DNA from: an uncultured Lentisphaeria bacterium
GTDB taxonomy: Bacteria > Fidelibacterota > UBA8477 > JABMPR01
Assembly: GCA_964454335.1 (NCBI GenBank)
Contig: CAYVVT010000014.1
Span: 8,858 to 72,857 of the forward strand
Direction of reading: 5' to 3'
Length of the DNA stretch: 64,000 nt
Shown: positions 8,998 to 17,706 of the stretch, piece after piece
Position numbering within the stretch: position 1 is the first letter of the stretch
Layout of the letters: each line of letters begins with the position of its first letter
Notes under the pieces: model-generated
Databases searched by the model: none
Seen by the model: only the letters and a program-made list of their open reading frames with translations
Told to the model about the DNA's origin: nothing
Program-made: the position numbers and the translations under genes

Positions 8998-11363
8998 AGG
9001 ATCTCCACCATATCCTCGGGACAGACATCCCGGCAGGTGTCACACTTGATACAGAGATCCTGGTCGATTTCGTGAACCTGGTAGGGTGATACCGGAATGG
9101 CGGCAACGGGACAATTCTGGGCGCAGATGGTACAGCCGACGCAGTCGTCCCTGATGTGGTAGCGGATCATGCCCGTACATTTTTTCGCAGGACAACGGCC
9201 CTGGATATGGGCTTCGTAATCATCCCGGAAATAGCGCAGTGTGGTCATCACCGGGTTGGGAGCGGTCCTTCCCAGACCGCAGATACTCCCCAGCTTCACA
9301 TCACCGGCAAGTTGTTCCAGCGTTTCAAGATCCTTCTCGACTCCTTCGCTGGAGCAGATCCGTTCAAGGATCTCCAACATGCGTTTGGTACCGATACGAC
9401 AAAAGGTGCATTTGCCACAGGATTGATCCTGGGTGAAGCTGAGGAAGTAGCGGGCCAGGTCCACCATGCAGTCGTGGTCATCCATCACCAGGAGACCACC
9501 GGAACCCATCATGGCCCCGGCATCACTCAGGGATTCGTAGTCCACTGGGACATCCGCCAGCTCTGCGGGTATGCAGCCACCGGAGGGACCGCCCACCTGC
9601 ACGGCTTTGAAGCTGCGGCCCTCCATGACGCCGCCGCCGATCTCCTCCACGATCTGACGGATGGTGATACCCATGGGCACCTCGATGAGACCACCGCGTT
9701 TGACCTTGCCAGCCAGAGCAAACACTTTGGTACCTGCGCTGGAATTTGTGCCCATGGCAGCGAATTTCTCCGGGCCGATATTCAGGATCCAGGGGATCAG
9801 TGCAAAGGTCTCGACATTGTTCACGGAAGTGGGTTTGTCCCAGAGCCCCTGCTCAGCTGGATAAGGCGGCCGGATGATTGGCATGCCGCGTTCGCCCTGG
9901 AGAGACTGGATCAAGGCAGTTTCCTCGCCACAGACAAAGCCGCCTGCTCCTTCACGGATGCTCAGGTCAAAATTGAATTCGCTATCCATGATATTGGCGC
10001 CGAGAATGCCACGTTGATAACACTGGCTCAGGGCCTGGGTGATGCGCTCAACCGCCAGGGGATATTCCGCCCGGATATACAGCACACCTCGTGATGCACC
10101 CACCGCGAAGGCTGAGATGACCATACCTTCGATGATGCGGAAAGGATAGGATTCCAGAAGCATACGGTCCATGAATGCACCAGGATCCCCCTCGTCCCCA
10201 TTGCAGATGACGTATTTCTGATCGCCTTGACTTGCGCGTACCCGGGCCATCTTCTTCCCCGTGGGAAAACCGGCCCCGCCCCTGCCTCGGAGACCACTGG
10301 CGGTGATCTTCTCGATCACCCGGTCGGGGGTCGAGTCCAGAAGACTGTTCCTCAAGGCCTGAAATCCTCCCAGCTGCTGATACTCCTCAAAGTCCAGCGG
10401 ACTCAGCTCACCTGAGAATTCCGTGGCGATGCGTACCTGGCGATTGAGGAAATCGCCTACCGGTCCTTCGCGGATGTCGATGGAATAGCGTTGCAGAAGA
10501 TCCCCTTGCGAAACAGCAAAGGGTGCTTCCAACAGGTTTTGTACAGAACGCAGAATACGATCCTTGAATCTTGCCGGTTTGAAATGCGAATGGACGATGG
10601 TCTCGGCGGCGTCAGTTGTCACATTGGCATAGAAGCGGGCTTCCTCACCCGGTTTGTTCACCTCCACCAGTGGGGTGTTGTGACACATGCCCACACAGCC
10701 GACATGCTTCACCGGTAAAGCCAGTCCGTCATGTTCCAGAGCGGCTTCCAGGGCCTGACGGACATTGTCACTACCGCCGGCGATACAGCAGGAACCCAGA
10801 CCTACCCGGATCTCACCCAGTTCAGTTCCTTCACCTATTGTTTTGCGTGCTGATCCGTTGGGTCCCAATTCTTTTTGGCTCTCCAGGAAGTCATCCAGCA
10901 TGTCGGGGACCTGCCCAGGCGTGACATGACCGTAGGTGAGCCCATCGATCTGTACCACTGGAGCCAGGGTACAGCAACCCAGGCAGGCGACCTGCTGAAC
11001 AGTGAAATTACCCGAGCGGTCCGTATCGCGCTCAGGCTTCAGATCCAGATGAGAGTTCAAGGTTTGCAGGACGCGGCCGGCACCCTTGACATGACAGGCC
11101 GTGCCGGTACAGACGCTGACAAAATGCTTCCCGGCAGGCTGCATCCTGAAATGGGTATAGAATGTAGCCACACCGATGACGCTGCTGGCCGAGATGTCCG
11201 TCTTCTCTGAAATGCGGCGCAGGGCTGGTTCCGGCAGGTAATTGTATTCTTTCTGAATGGCCAGCAGAATGGGGATCAGCATATCGTCCCGGCCACCCTT
11301 CGATTCGATGATGGTATCCACCTGCTGGAGGTCAAGATCGGAACCTGTAGCGCGGCTGCTCAA
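8994..11363 (-). CDS. Fused NuoE-like/NuoF-like NAD(P)H-binding FMN Fe-S flavoprotein (HydBC/HndBC/StnAB-like)
   Basis: NuoE 2Fe-2S motifs are VCTGTACHVKGA and ACLGCCTLAPV. A second thioredoxin-like 2Fe-2S domain has GLGSCCIAGG and VGCVGMCHNTPLV. The NuoF FMN site is GLRGRGGAGFPTGKKM, and the N3 cluster is SCGKCTFCRIG. Two ferredoxin motifs are CVGCTICAQNCP and CIKCDTCRDVCP. The ORF is open to 11468, but that would overlap the upstream gene by 104 nt. Plausible starts are TTG 11363 (one base after the upstream TGA stop) or ATG 11282. Confidence 0.85.
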   Translation of the reverse strand: MSSRATGSDLDLQQVDTIIESKGGRDDMLIPILLAIQKEYNYLPEPALRRISEKTDISASSVIGVATFYTHFRMQPAGKHFVSVCTGTACHVKGAGRVLQTLNSHLDLKPERDTDRSGNFTVQQVACLGCCTLAPVVQIDGLTYGHVTPGQVPDMLDDFLESQKELGPNGSARKTIGEGTELGEIRVGLGSCCIAGGSDNVRQALEAALEHDGLALPVKHVGCVGMCHNTPLVEVNKPGEEARFYANVTTDAAETIVHSHFKPARFKDRILRSVQNLLEAPFAVSQGDLLQRYSIDIREGPVGDFLNRQVRIATEFSGELSPLDFEEYQQLGGFQALRNSLLDSTPDRVIEKITASGLRGRGGAGFPTGKKMARVRASQGDQKYVICNGDEGDPGAFMDRMLLESYPFRIIEGMVISAFAVGASRGVLYIRAEYPLAVERITQALSQCYQRGILGANIMDSEFNFDLSIREGAGGFVCGEETALIQSLQGERGMPIIRPPYPAEQGLWDKPTSVNNVETFALIPWILNIGPEKFAAMGTNSSAGTKVFALAGKVKRGGLIEVPMGITIRQIVEEIGGGVMEGRSFKAVQVGGPSGGCIPAELADVPVDYESLSDAGAMMGSGGLLVMDDHDCMVDLARYFLSFTQDQSCGKCTFCRIGTKRMLEILERICSSEGVEKDLETLEQLAGDVKLGSICGLGRTAPNPVMTTLRYFRDDYEAHIQGRCPAKKCTGMIRYHIRDDCVGCTICAQNCPVAAIPVSPYQVHEIDQDLCIKCDTCRDVCPEDMVEIL

Positions 11364-11364
11364 A

Positions 11365-13080
11365 TCAGGATCCCGGCCGGGCAATGCAGTAAAGGTGCGT
11401 TTCCCCGCGTATATAGATGCGACCGGGCATGAATGCCGGTGTGCAGGAGGAGGCTTCCCCCAGCTCACAGACGTTTACCCGTTCATAGCTGTCGGCCAAT
11501 CGGAAGATCTGCATCTGACCCTTGAGGTCCATGAGATAGACATTTTCATCGACGATGATGGGCGACGAATAGAAGCCGCTGCCCAGATATTTATCCCAGA
11601 GGATCTCACCGGTGGCGGTATTCAGCATGGAAACGAGACCACCGCTAGTGGCCATGACCAGGTACTCGCCCCGGGCGACTGGACTGGAAGTATTCGGCAG
11701 GTTATCCTCCATCTGCCAGCGGATCTCCACAGCCGGTTCACTTCCAGGTGCGTGTATCTCAACCGCGCTGGCTTTGGCATATTCATTGGCTGTGAAAAGC
11801 GTGCCCTGGCTGTAGGCGGGTGACGGTCCCACCTCGCCTGAAAGGCATTCGACACGCCAGTGGTAATCACCACTTACCGGGTCATAGGAGCTCAAGCTCT
11901 TACTGTCAGTCAGGATCAACTCCGTACGCTCCCCGGTATCCACGATGATGGGAGAGGCCCAGGAGATGGTCCAGCGTTCGGCTTCCCACACTATGGCGCC
12001 CGTGGCGATACTCACCGCGATAAGCCGGGGTTCGTTGAAACTGTCATACTGCACCAGGCAGAGCCCCTCGTGCACGAGGAGAGAGGAGGAGTGGGCATAA
12101 TGATTGTCCAGCAGGCCGAGGTTCCGGCCCCAGGCGCGATCGCCTTCCATGGTATAGCATACCAGGTCGCCGGTGGCAAAGATGGCCAGCACACGTTTCC
12201 CATCAGTGGCCATGGTGGGCGCTGCGAAGCCGGTTCCGGGATCCACATAGTCGAAATCGAATTCACTGTCAGGGGGCAGCATGTTGGGAACGGTCTGTTG
12301 CCAGAGCAGCTCGCCGTTATCCGCTTTGTAGCAGAAGACCTCTCGAATATTGGCGTCACCACCGGTGATGAAGATGCGGTCGCTGATCACGATTGGAGAG
12401 CTGAAGCCTTCCCGGGGGACCACTGTCTTCCAGAGGATGTTCCGGCCGCTGGCCCCATCCCAGTCGGTGGGTACGTCGGTATGCACGGCATGGCCGATAC
12501 CTCCCGGACCACGAAATGAGGGCCACTGCTGGGACAGATCAACAGCTTCGTCCAGGGTGGCCAGGGATCCTTCTTCCAGATCAGCAGGGATCTGGCTGGT
12601 AGTGAGCAGTGAGATCACCAGGGCAGTCAGGAAGAAAACGCTGCCAGTGGCCAGGATCACATTCTGAACACCCCGGGAAAAGGTCAGGAAGTCCGGTGCG
12701 ATGCGGTAGGCCGTGGGATCGGGCAGCCGTCGTTTCACGGAATTGGTGATCTTCAGGGAAATGGCGAACAGTCCCAGACTGATGAGTATCAGGATGCCGC
12801 CGATACGGACCTGCCAGAGACTGTTGAAATAAGCTTTGCGGGCCATGAGATGCAGTGTGCGCACCTCCTGTCGCAGCAGATCGTCCCGGGGCTGTTCACG
12901 GAGTTCGGTATTCAACTGCGTCAGCGCCGTGGAATTCAGTGGATCTACCTTCAGACGCTGGAAATAATTGGCCAGCACCAGGGTGGAAACGACAACGGCG
13001 ACCAGCAGGGCGATGAGGATGAGTCCGCGGGTCAGCGCAAAAAGGATCTTGAGATCGTCTGTGTTATCCAATTGATTCAT
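11365..13080 (-). CDS. Membrane-anchored PQQ-like/BamB-like beta-propeller protein
   Basis: The start is taken as ATG 13080 (MNQLDNTDD...), which overlaps the upstream gene by 17 nt. There are three N-terminal TM segments. These are followed by WPSFRGPGG and propeller blades (REVFCYKADNGELLWQQ, PRLIAVSIATGAIVWEA, KSLSSYDPVSGDYHWRV, GGLVSMLNTATGEILWDK). Confidence 0.8.
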   Translation of the reverse strand: MNQLDNTDDLKILFALTRGLILIALLVAVVVSTLVLANYFQRLKVDPLNSTALTQLNTELREQPRDDLLRQEVRTLHLMARKAYFNSLWQVRIGGILILISLGLFAISLKITNSVKRRLPDPTAYRIAPDFLTFSRGVQNVILATGSVFFLTALVISLLTTSQIPADLEEGSLATLDEAVDLSQQWPSFRGPGGIGHAVHTDVPTDWDGASGRNILWKTVVPREGFSSPIVISDRIFITGGDANIREVFCYKADNGELLWQQTVPNMLPPDSEFDFDYVDPGTGFAAPTMATDGKRVLAIFATGDLVCYTMEGDRAWGRNLGLLDNHYAHSSSLLVHEGLCLVQYDSFNEPRLIAVSIATGAIVWEAERWTISWASPIIVDTGERTELILTDSKSLSSYDPVSGDYHWRVECLSGEVGPSPAYSQGTLFTANEYAKASAVEIHAPGSEPAVEIRWQMEDNLPNTSSPVARGEYLVMATSGGLVSMLNTATGEILWDKYLGSGFYSSPIIVDENVYLMDLKGQMQIFRLADSYERVNVCELGEASSCTPAFMPGRIYIRGETHLYCIARPGS

Positions 13081-14377
13081 ACAGATCCTTCTGGCGATCC
13101 AGCACCTTCTGGCGCTCATGTTCATCTGGACAGTAGGGGAAACAGCGTCCACAGCTGAAACAGTCCATACGATTGCTCTCGTAATCCACCTGGGTGCGTT
13201 TGAAAAAGGTTCCCATGGCCTTGGAGCCAATGACCAGGCCGATGAAGATCCCCAGGAGGATGCTGCCCAGCTTGAAATTATCCCGGACTGCGTGTGACTC
13301 CTCCAGCAACTCACTAACAAGTTTTCCGGATTCGTGAAAGATGCGGCTGGCCAGCGTGGTGCCCTCCACTAGCCCGTTCTTCTCCTGCATGACCCGTTCA
13401 GCCAGTTGGATGGTGGGATGCAGTTTCGAAAGGGTGACACTCAGCAGGGATCCGACACCGGCACCGATGAGCACCAGTACAACTGTGACAACGATGAGTT
13501 GACCCAGACGCCTGCCGGCTTTGGTCTGATCCGAACTCGACAGATCCGGTTCAGGTTTGTCGATGGCGTCAAAGGGGCAAGATTCCTCACAGAGCCGGCA
13601 CTGGGTGCAACGGTCAGGAGTTATGCGGTGATGCCATCTGGAAAACTTGGACGCCCAGCCCAGAAGCACACCATAGGGACAGAGAAAACGGCAGTAGGGA
13701 CGACCGTAGAAAAGACCCACGGCCAGGAAGGCCGCCCCGAAGAGGACCATGTTGAATTCTCCGCCGATACGGAAGAAGGCTACGAATGGATCCAGACGAC
13801 AGATGATGAATCCCGCCCCGGTGGCCACATAGAGAACGGCAGCACCGAGAAAGACATAGGGCAACAGTCCCAGGATGGCGGCCAGTCTGGGATTGACCTT
13901 CGTGGGTCGGACCAGCACCAGTTCCTGAGCTGCCCCCAGGGGACAGACGGCTGCACAGAAGGTACGGCCAAAGAACAGGGCAAAGACCAAGGGCAGGATG
14001 AAGAAGATCAGCACGCTCACCGGGATGAAGTAGCCGGGATCGAAGATGGCCAGTGAGACATTCTGGATGGATCCGATGGGACAGATACAGCCTTCCCGCC
14101 AGAATCCGAAATATCCGAGCGAGAACAATGAGAGCAGAAAGATCAGGTTCCGGGAGCGTCTGCGGAGGACCAGGTAGGTTGCCAGGCTGAGGGTCACAAG
14201 GAGAACGGCGACATCCAGGTATTCATACAGCGCATTCTGCGGCATGGGTGTGGTCATGAGTGGTTTCTGGTAATCGGATTCAAACTCCGGTCGTGGGAAA
14301 CGATCCTGGGCCGTGGCCCTGGCCACCAGCAGCGGAATGCCGTAAAGCAGTTGACGGATATTGGGAAGTCTCGACAT
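13064..14377 (-). CDS. NapH/MauN/NosH-like integral-membrane polyferredoxin
   Basis: Membrane-embedded CX3CP motifs are present (FCAAVCPLG, YCRFLCPYG, plus CICPIGS). Two 4Fe-4S motifs are CTQCRLCEESCP and CFSCGRCFPYCP. The ATG at 14377 overlaps the upstream stop (TGATG). The longer ORF to 14470 is rejected as an upstream extension. Confidence 0.8.
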   Translation of the reverse strand: MSRLPNIRQLLYGIPLLVARATAQDRFPRPEFESDYQKPLMTTPMPQNALYEYLDVAVLLVTLSLATYLVLRRRSRNLIFLLSLFSLGYFGFWREGCICPIGSIQNVSLAIFDPGYFIPVSVLIFFILPLVFALFFGRTFCAAVCPLGAAQELVLVRPTKVNPRLAAILGLLPYVFLGAAVLYVATGAGFIICRLDPFVAFFRIGGEFNMVLFGAAFLAVGLFYGRPYCRFLCPYGVLLGWASKFSRWHHRITPDRCTQCRLCEESCPFDAIDKPEPDLSSSDQTKAGRRLGQLIVVTVVLVLIGAGVGSLLSVTLSKLHPTIQLAERVMQEKNGLVEGTTLASRIFHESGKLVSELLEESHAVRDNFKLGSILLGIFIGLVIGSKAMGTFFKRTQVDYESNRMDCFSCGRCFPYCPDEHERQKVLDRQKDLYESIG

Positions 14378-14958
14378 CAGCTGCCCTGGCGCTCTCCCTT
14401 GAACAGATAGGGTTCCTCCGCCGGCCGGCGGGCGATGGCATCGGAGGGGCAGGAGCGTGAGATCGCGCATTCATTGCAGTTCACGCAGACGTCATGGCGG
14501 ACCTGCAGGAACAGGGAACCGTTGCCGAAGGCGCCACAGCCCTTCACGCATTTACCGCAGCCGATACAGAGAGATTCGTCGATGCTGTACTGGAAATAGG
14601 GGTCCTCGACGAAGGTGCGCTGGAGGGCGCCGGTGGGACAGAGCTGGTTCTCCGCACCGGTATCCAGTTTGGTGGCGTCCGGAGGGAAGTAGCCGCCACA
14701 GAGTTTGCAATAGCCGCACATCTCGTAGGCATGGACGCACTTCACCGCAGACTGGCTCAGAACGCATTCCGTAGCGCAGTTGCCGCATTGGACACAGATA
14801 TGCGGATCGATCTGCCAGATCATCTCCCGCTTATCACCCTTGAGAATGGCCATGCTGCCTACGCCGGCCAGGCAGACCCCGCCAACGATACGCATGCCAT
14901 CGTTCAGGAAGCGGCGGCGGCTGACGTTTTCAGGTCTATTCTCAGACATGCCGGGCAC
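14377..14958 (-). CDS. Tat-exported NapG/MauM/NosG-like 4x[4Fe-4S] ferredoxin
   Basis: A twin-arginine signal SRRRFLNDGMRIVGGVCLAGVG is present. Cys clusters are CVQCGNCATEC, CGYCKLC, CIGCGKCVKGC and CVNCNECAISRSCP. Confidence 0.85.
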   Translation of the reverse strand: MPGMSENRPENVSRRRFLNDGMRIVGGVCLAGVGSMAILKGDKREMIWQIDPHICVQCGNCATECVLSQSAVKCVHAYEMCGYCKLCGGYFPPDATKLDTGAENQLCPTGALQRTFVEDPYFQYSIDESLCIGCGKCVKGCGAFGNGSLFLQVRHDVCVNCNECAISRSCPSDAIARRPAEEPYLFKGERQGS

Positions 14959-14961
14959 CTC

Positions 14962-15219
14962 TCATTCGGAAAACTTTGTTGCGTTACGGTAGTTGACAGC
15001 GTCACTGCGCTCGCAGGCTGATAGCTGTCGGCAGGCTGCACAGGCATGCCGCCTCTGGTCCGGTTCCAACTCTGCCGCCTGGCAGGTATTGCGGCGGTAC
15101 AGGAATCCACCCAGGCCTCCCAGGACCAGGAGCATGGCCAGGCGTCCCGCATTTTGGAGAAAGGTCTTGCGATCCATATGCTCTTGAACACCGGTTTTGT
15201 CCTCTGCCGTGTACTGCAT
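14962..15219 (-). CDS. Small Cys-rich single-pass membrane protein (function unknown)
   Basis: 85 aa from ATG 15219. It has one TM helix (LAMLLVLGGLGGFLY) followed by four Cys (C-x12-C-x2-C-x5-C: TCQ...HACAACRQLSAC). It sits 3 nt upstream of the NapG-like gene and directly after the NHL gene. Coding status rests on position and frame only. Confidence 0.5.
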   Translation of the reverse strand: MQYTAEDKTGVQEHMDRKTFLQNAGRLAMLLVLGGLGGFLYRRNTCQAAELEPDQRRHACAACRQLSACERSDAVNYRNATKFSE

Positions 15220-15221
15220 GA

Positions 15222-16214
15222 TCAACTCCCGGTTTTGCGTTCGAATATCCTGATCATCTTCGAGGATGGATCAGCGACGATGATGCGCTGCTGCGAATCA
15301 ACCGCCAGGTCCAGACCTGTGGCCTGTTTCTTGAAATTGTCGGGACCGGAGACCACCGTTTCCAGTTGTCCTTCCTGATCATAGATCTTGATCCGCACCA
15401 GTCCCTTTTCGCTGGTGACAAATCCCGAACCTGGGATGAGGGCAAAATGGGATGGATTGCAGCAGCCGCAGAAGCCTTCGATCTCGGAGGAGGCTCTCCC
15501 CCATTCTGCAAGCAGGGCTCCGGCAAAATTGTAATTCTCAAAAGTGTGCAGCCCGGGATTCACCACCCACAGTCGATCATCCCCCGCCACTGCCAGATCA
15601 AAATAGGCGCTGGGTAAAACGAAGCCGGGACGACCTGGTTTCACGTCCCGACCGCCAATCTCATTGAGGAGCTCTCCGGCGAGATCATATCGAAGCACGA
15701 TATGCGCCCCGGCATCGGCAATGAACAGATCGTCCCCTGCCACAGCGATGGAGGTGATGATGGAACTGTCGCTCTGCGTAAACAGTTCCTGCTTCAATGC
15801 GCCATCGGCCCCATAGACCAGGACCTGCTCCCTGGTGGCAGCATAGATGTCCCCATTCTCAACGATATCCATGCTCCGTACGGGTAGAAGGGTTTCAAAG
15901 CTCAGCATCTCACTGCCGAAGGGATTGAACTTGACGATGCAGGAATCTGTCGAGGCATAGATAAAATCATGATCATCCACGGCGACACCGAAAAGTTTGC
16001 GACAGTCCACAGGTATCTGCTGGGTGATCGCATAGGTGATGAGGTCCGCATCGATCCTGTTGTAGGCTTCGAGATCCAGATCGAAGGGATTGTCGGCACT
16101 CCGCCTGTTCTCTGACATCACCACTACAATTACAATAACGATGACGACCAGGCCGGCGATGCCGAAGATAGTCGTGAGCCGGGATGGGCCGGAGCTTCCT
16201 GGTGTTGATGTCAT
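15222..16214 (-). CDS. Membrane-anchored NHL-repeat (6-bladed beta-propeller) protein
   Basis: An N-terminal TM is present (IFGIAGLVVIVIVIVVV). NHL-like blades repeat (DIYAATREQVLVYGADG, DLFIADAGAHIVLRYDLAG, RLWVVNPGLHTFENYNFAG, RIIVADPSSKMIRIFE). There is an unusual GFCGCCNPSHF motif. The ATGA start/stop overlaps the upstream gene. Confidence 0.7.
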   Translation of the reverse strand: MTSTPGSSGPSRLTTIFGIAGLVVIVIVIVVVMSENRRSADNPFDLDLEAYNRIDADLITYAITQQIPVDCRKLFGVAVDDHDFIYASTDSCIVKFNPFGSEMLSFETLLPVRSMDIVENGDIYAATREQVLVYGADGALKQELFTQSDSSIITSIAVAGDDLFIADAGAHIVLRYDLAGELLNEIGGRDVKPGRPGFVLPSAYFDLAVAGDDRLWVVNPGLHTFENYNFAGALLAEWGRASSEIEGFCGCCNPSHFALIPGSGFVTSEKGLVRIKIYDQEGQLETVVSGPDNFKKQATGLDLAVDSQQRIIVADPSSKMIRIFERKTGS

Positions 16215-17662
16215 ATGGTCTCCTCACTCCCCCTGATCTCCACACAAACGATGCGGCGCGCATCCCTGGCGATGAGTTTTCCATCCACGATGGCCAGTGG
16301 TCCCCAGGCATCCGGTCCTTCCAGGATCTTCACCCGAACCAGTGGAGAGAACTCCTTGGCCGATGCGTCGATGACGGTGAGTTCACCTTCATCATCCAGG
16401 ATGAAGAACTTGTTATCCGCCAGGATGTAGGGTCCCAGCCCGAAGCGATTGGTCTTGCCGCTGGACCAGATCAGCTCGGAGATGTCGTCCGCGGAGAAAC
16501 AGGCAAATTGCCCGTTCAGCGAGCCGCCATCCTTGGGCAGGATACCATAGATTTGTCCATTATGGTAGATGGCTGTCTGCTGCTCGCTGGCCATGCCGGT
16601 GTGCGGCAGGACCGACTGCAGGGAATCCACTGAAAAGCTATCCGAACCTTGACTGACCTGCAGCAGCATGCCACCGGCGCTGTAGCCTGCGCTGACGAAT
16701 ATCCGTCCCGATCCCAGATCAAGAGGTGCCGGTGCCACCACCTGGTGGGACCAGAGATCCGTTTTCCACAGCGTAGTGCCCTGGTCCTCCAGTTCTGCCG
16801 AGACGCCCACGACGCCGCCATTGGCGCAGTACACGTATTGACGTTTACCTTCGATCTCCATGAGCATGATGGAGGAATGCGACATCTTCCATTCATCCGG
16901 ATTGGGTGTCTCCCAGAGGATCTCACCGCTGGCGCAGTCCACACCTATCATCAGGCTGGTCCCACCGGTAGCGATCACAGCCGTGGATCCATCGATGAGA
17001 GGACATTGACCTGTGTACCACAGGGGTACCTCCACAGCATGATCACGTTCCAGGTCCAGACCCCACAGGAATTCGCCGGTCTCCCTTTCCACGCACATGA
17101 CATGACAACGTGGACCGATGGTCACGACGAAATCCTGGCTTACGGCAGGTACCGTGCGGGACATGCCGTGGTTGCGTTTGACTTTGACCGTATAGGATCG
17201 CCGCCAGAGTTCACGACCGTCAGCCAGGGCGAAGCAGCGCAGGGCGTCAGTCCTTCTATCCTCATCATAATCCAGGAGATATACTCGTCCATCGTAGACA
17301 GCCGGTCCGGCATGACCTTCCCCCAATTCATGAGACCAGAGGATGTTTGGTGCTGATCCAAGCTTGTCTGACATGCTGAGGGGCTGTTTGCTGATATTGC
17401 TGAAGTCGACTCCTCTGAAGCGGGGCCAGTTACCGGACGGCTCGACGGTACTGCTGTCAAAATACTCGAAGTGCTCCCCGATGACCACCCGCTCTTCCCG
17501 GGCAACTGCCCCACCCTGGGGCTCGTTGTCTGAGCCGGGCACCAGGATCTGGAAGTCGGCGCTGGGGTCAAATCCCATGTACCAGCCCAGTACCACGGTA
17601 GACACCAGCGCCAGGGTGCCGGCGCTGATGATGCTGAGATGGTTGTTGGTCACTGAGGCCAT
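16211..17662 (-). CDS. Membrane-anchored PQQ-like/BamB-like beta-propeller protein
   Basis: An N-terminal TM is present (LSIISAGTLALVSTVVLGWYM), then NWPRFRGVD and blades (DALRCFALADGRELWRR, CHVMCVERETGEFLWGL, SLMIGVDCASGEILWET). Confidence 0.8.
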   Translation of the reverse strand: MASVTNNHLSIISAGTLALVSTVVLGWYMGFDPSADFQILVPGSDNEPQGGAVAREERVVIGEHFEYFDSSTVEPSGNWPRFRGVDFSNISKQPLSMSDKLGSAPNILWSHELGEGHAGPAVYDGRVYLLDYDEDRRTDALRCFALADGRELWRRSYTVKVKRNHGMSRTVPAVSQDFVVTIGPRCHVMCVERETGEFLWGLDLERDHAVEVPLWYTGQCPLIDGSTAVIATGGTSLMIGVDCASGEILWETPNPDEWKMSHSSIMLMEIEGKRQYVYCANGGVVGVSAELEDQGTTLWKTDLWSHQVVAPAPLDLGSGRIFVSAGYSAGGMLLQVSQGSDSFSVDSLQSVLPHTGMASEQQTAIYHNGQIYGILPKDGGSLNGQFACFSADDISELIWSSGKTNRFGLGPYILADNKFFILDDEGELTVIDASAKEFSPLVRVKILEGPDAWGPLAIVDGKLIARDARRIVCVEIRGSEETI

Positions 17663-17706
17663 CGTATGTCGATTCTGCCGGATCGTGATTTACCCGGCAT
17701 GGTTGA

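Noticed and set aside
9156-10094. A 312-aa plus-strand ORF, and many similar antisense or shadow ORFs in the track. Examples are 5007-5594, 5162-5734, 11860-12519, 13406-14056, 14494-15021, 16649-17356, 29851-30510, 31510-31971, 33571-34053 and 59766-60356.
   Set aside because: Each lies entirely opposite a CDS with strong family motifs. Their translations are low-complexity (rich in Gly, His, Asp, Arg or Pro) with no recognisable domain, signal or RBS context. This is typical of shadow ORFs in moderately GC-rich coding DNA.
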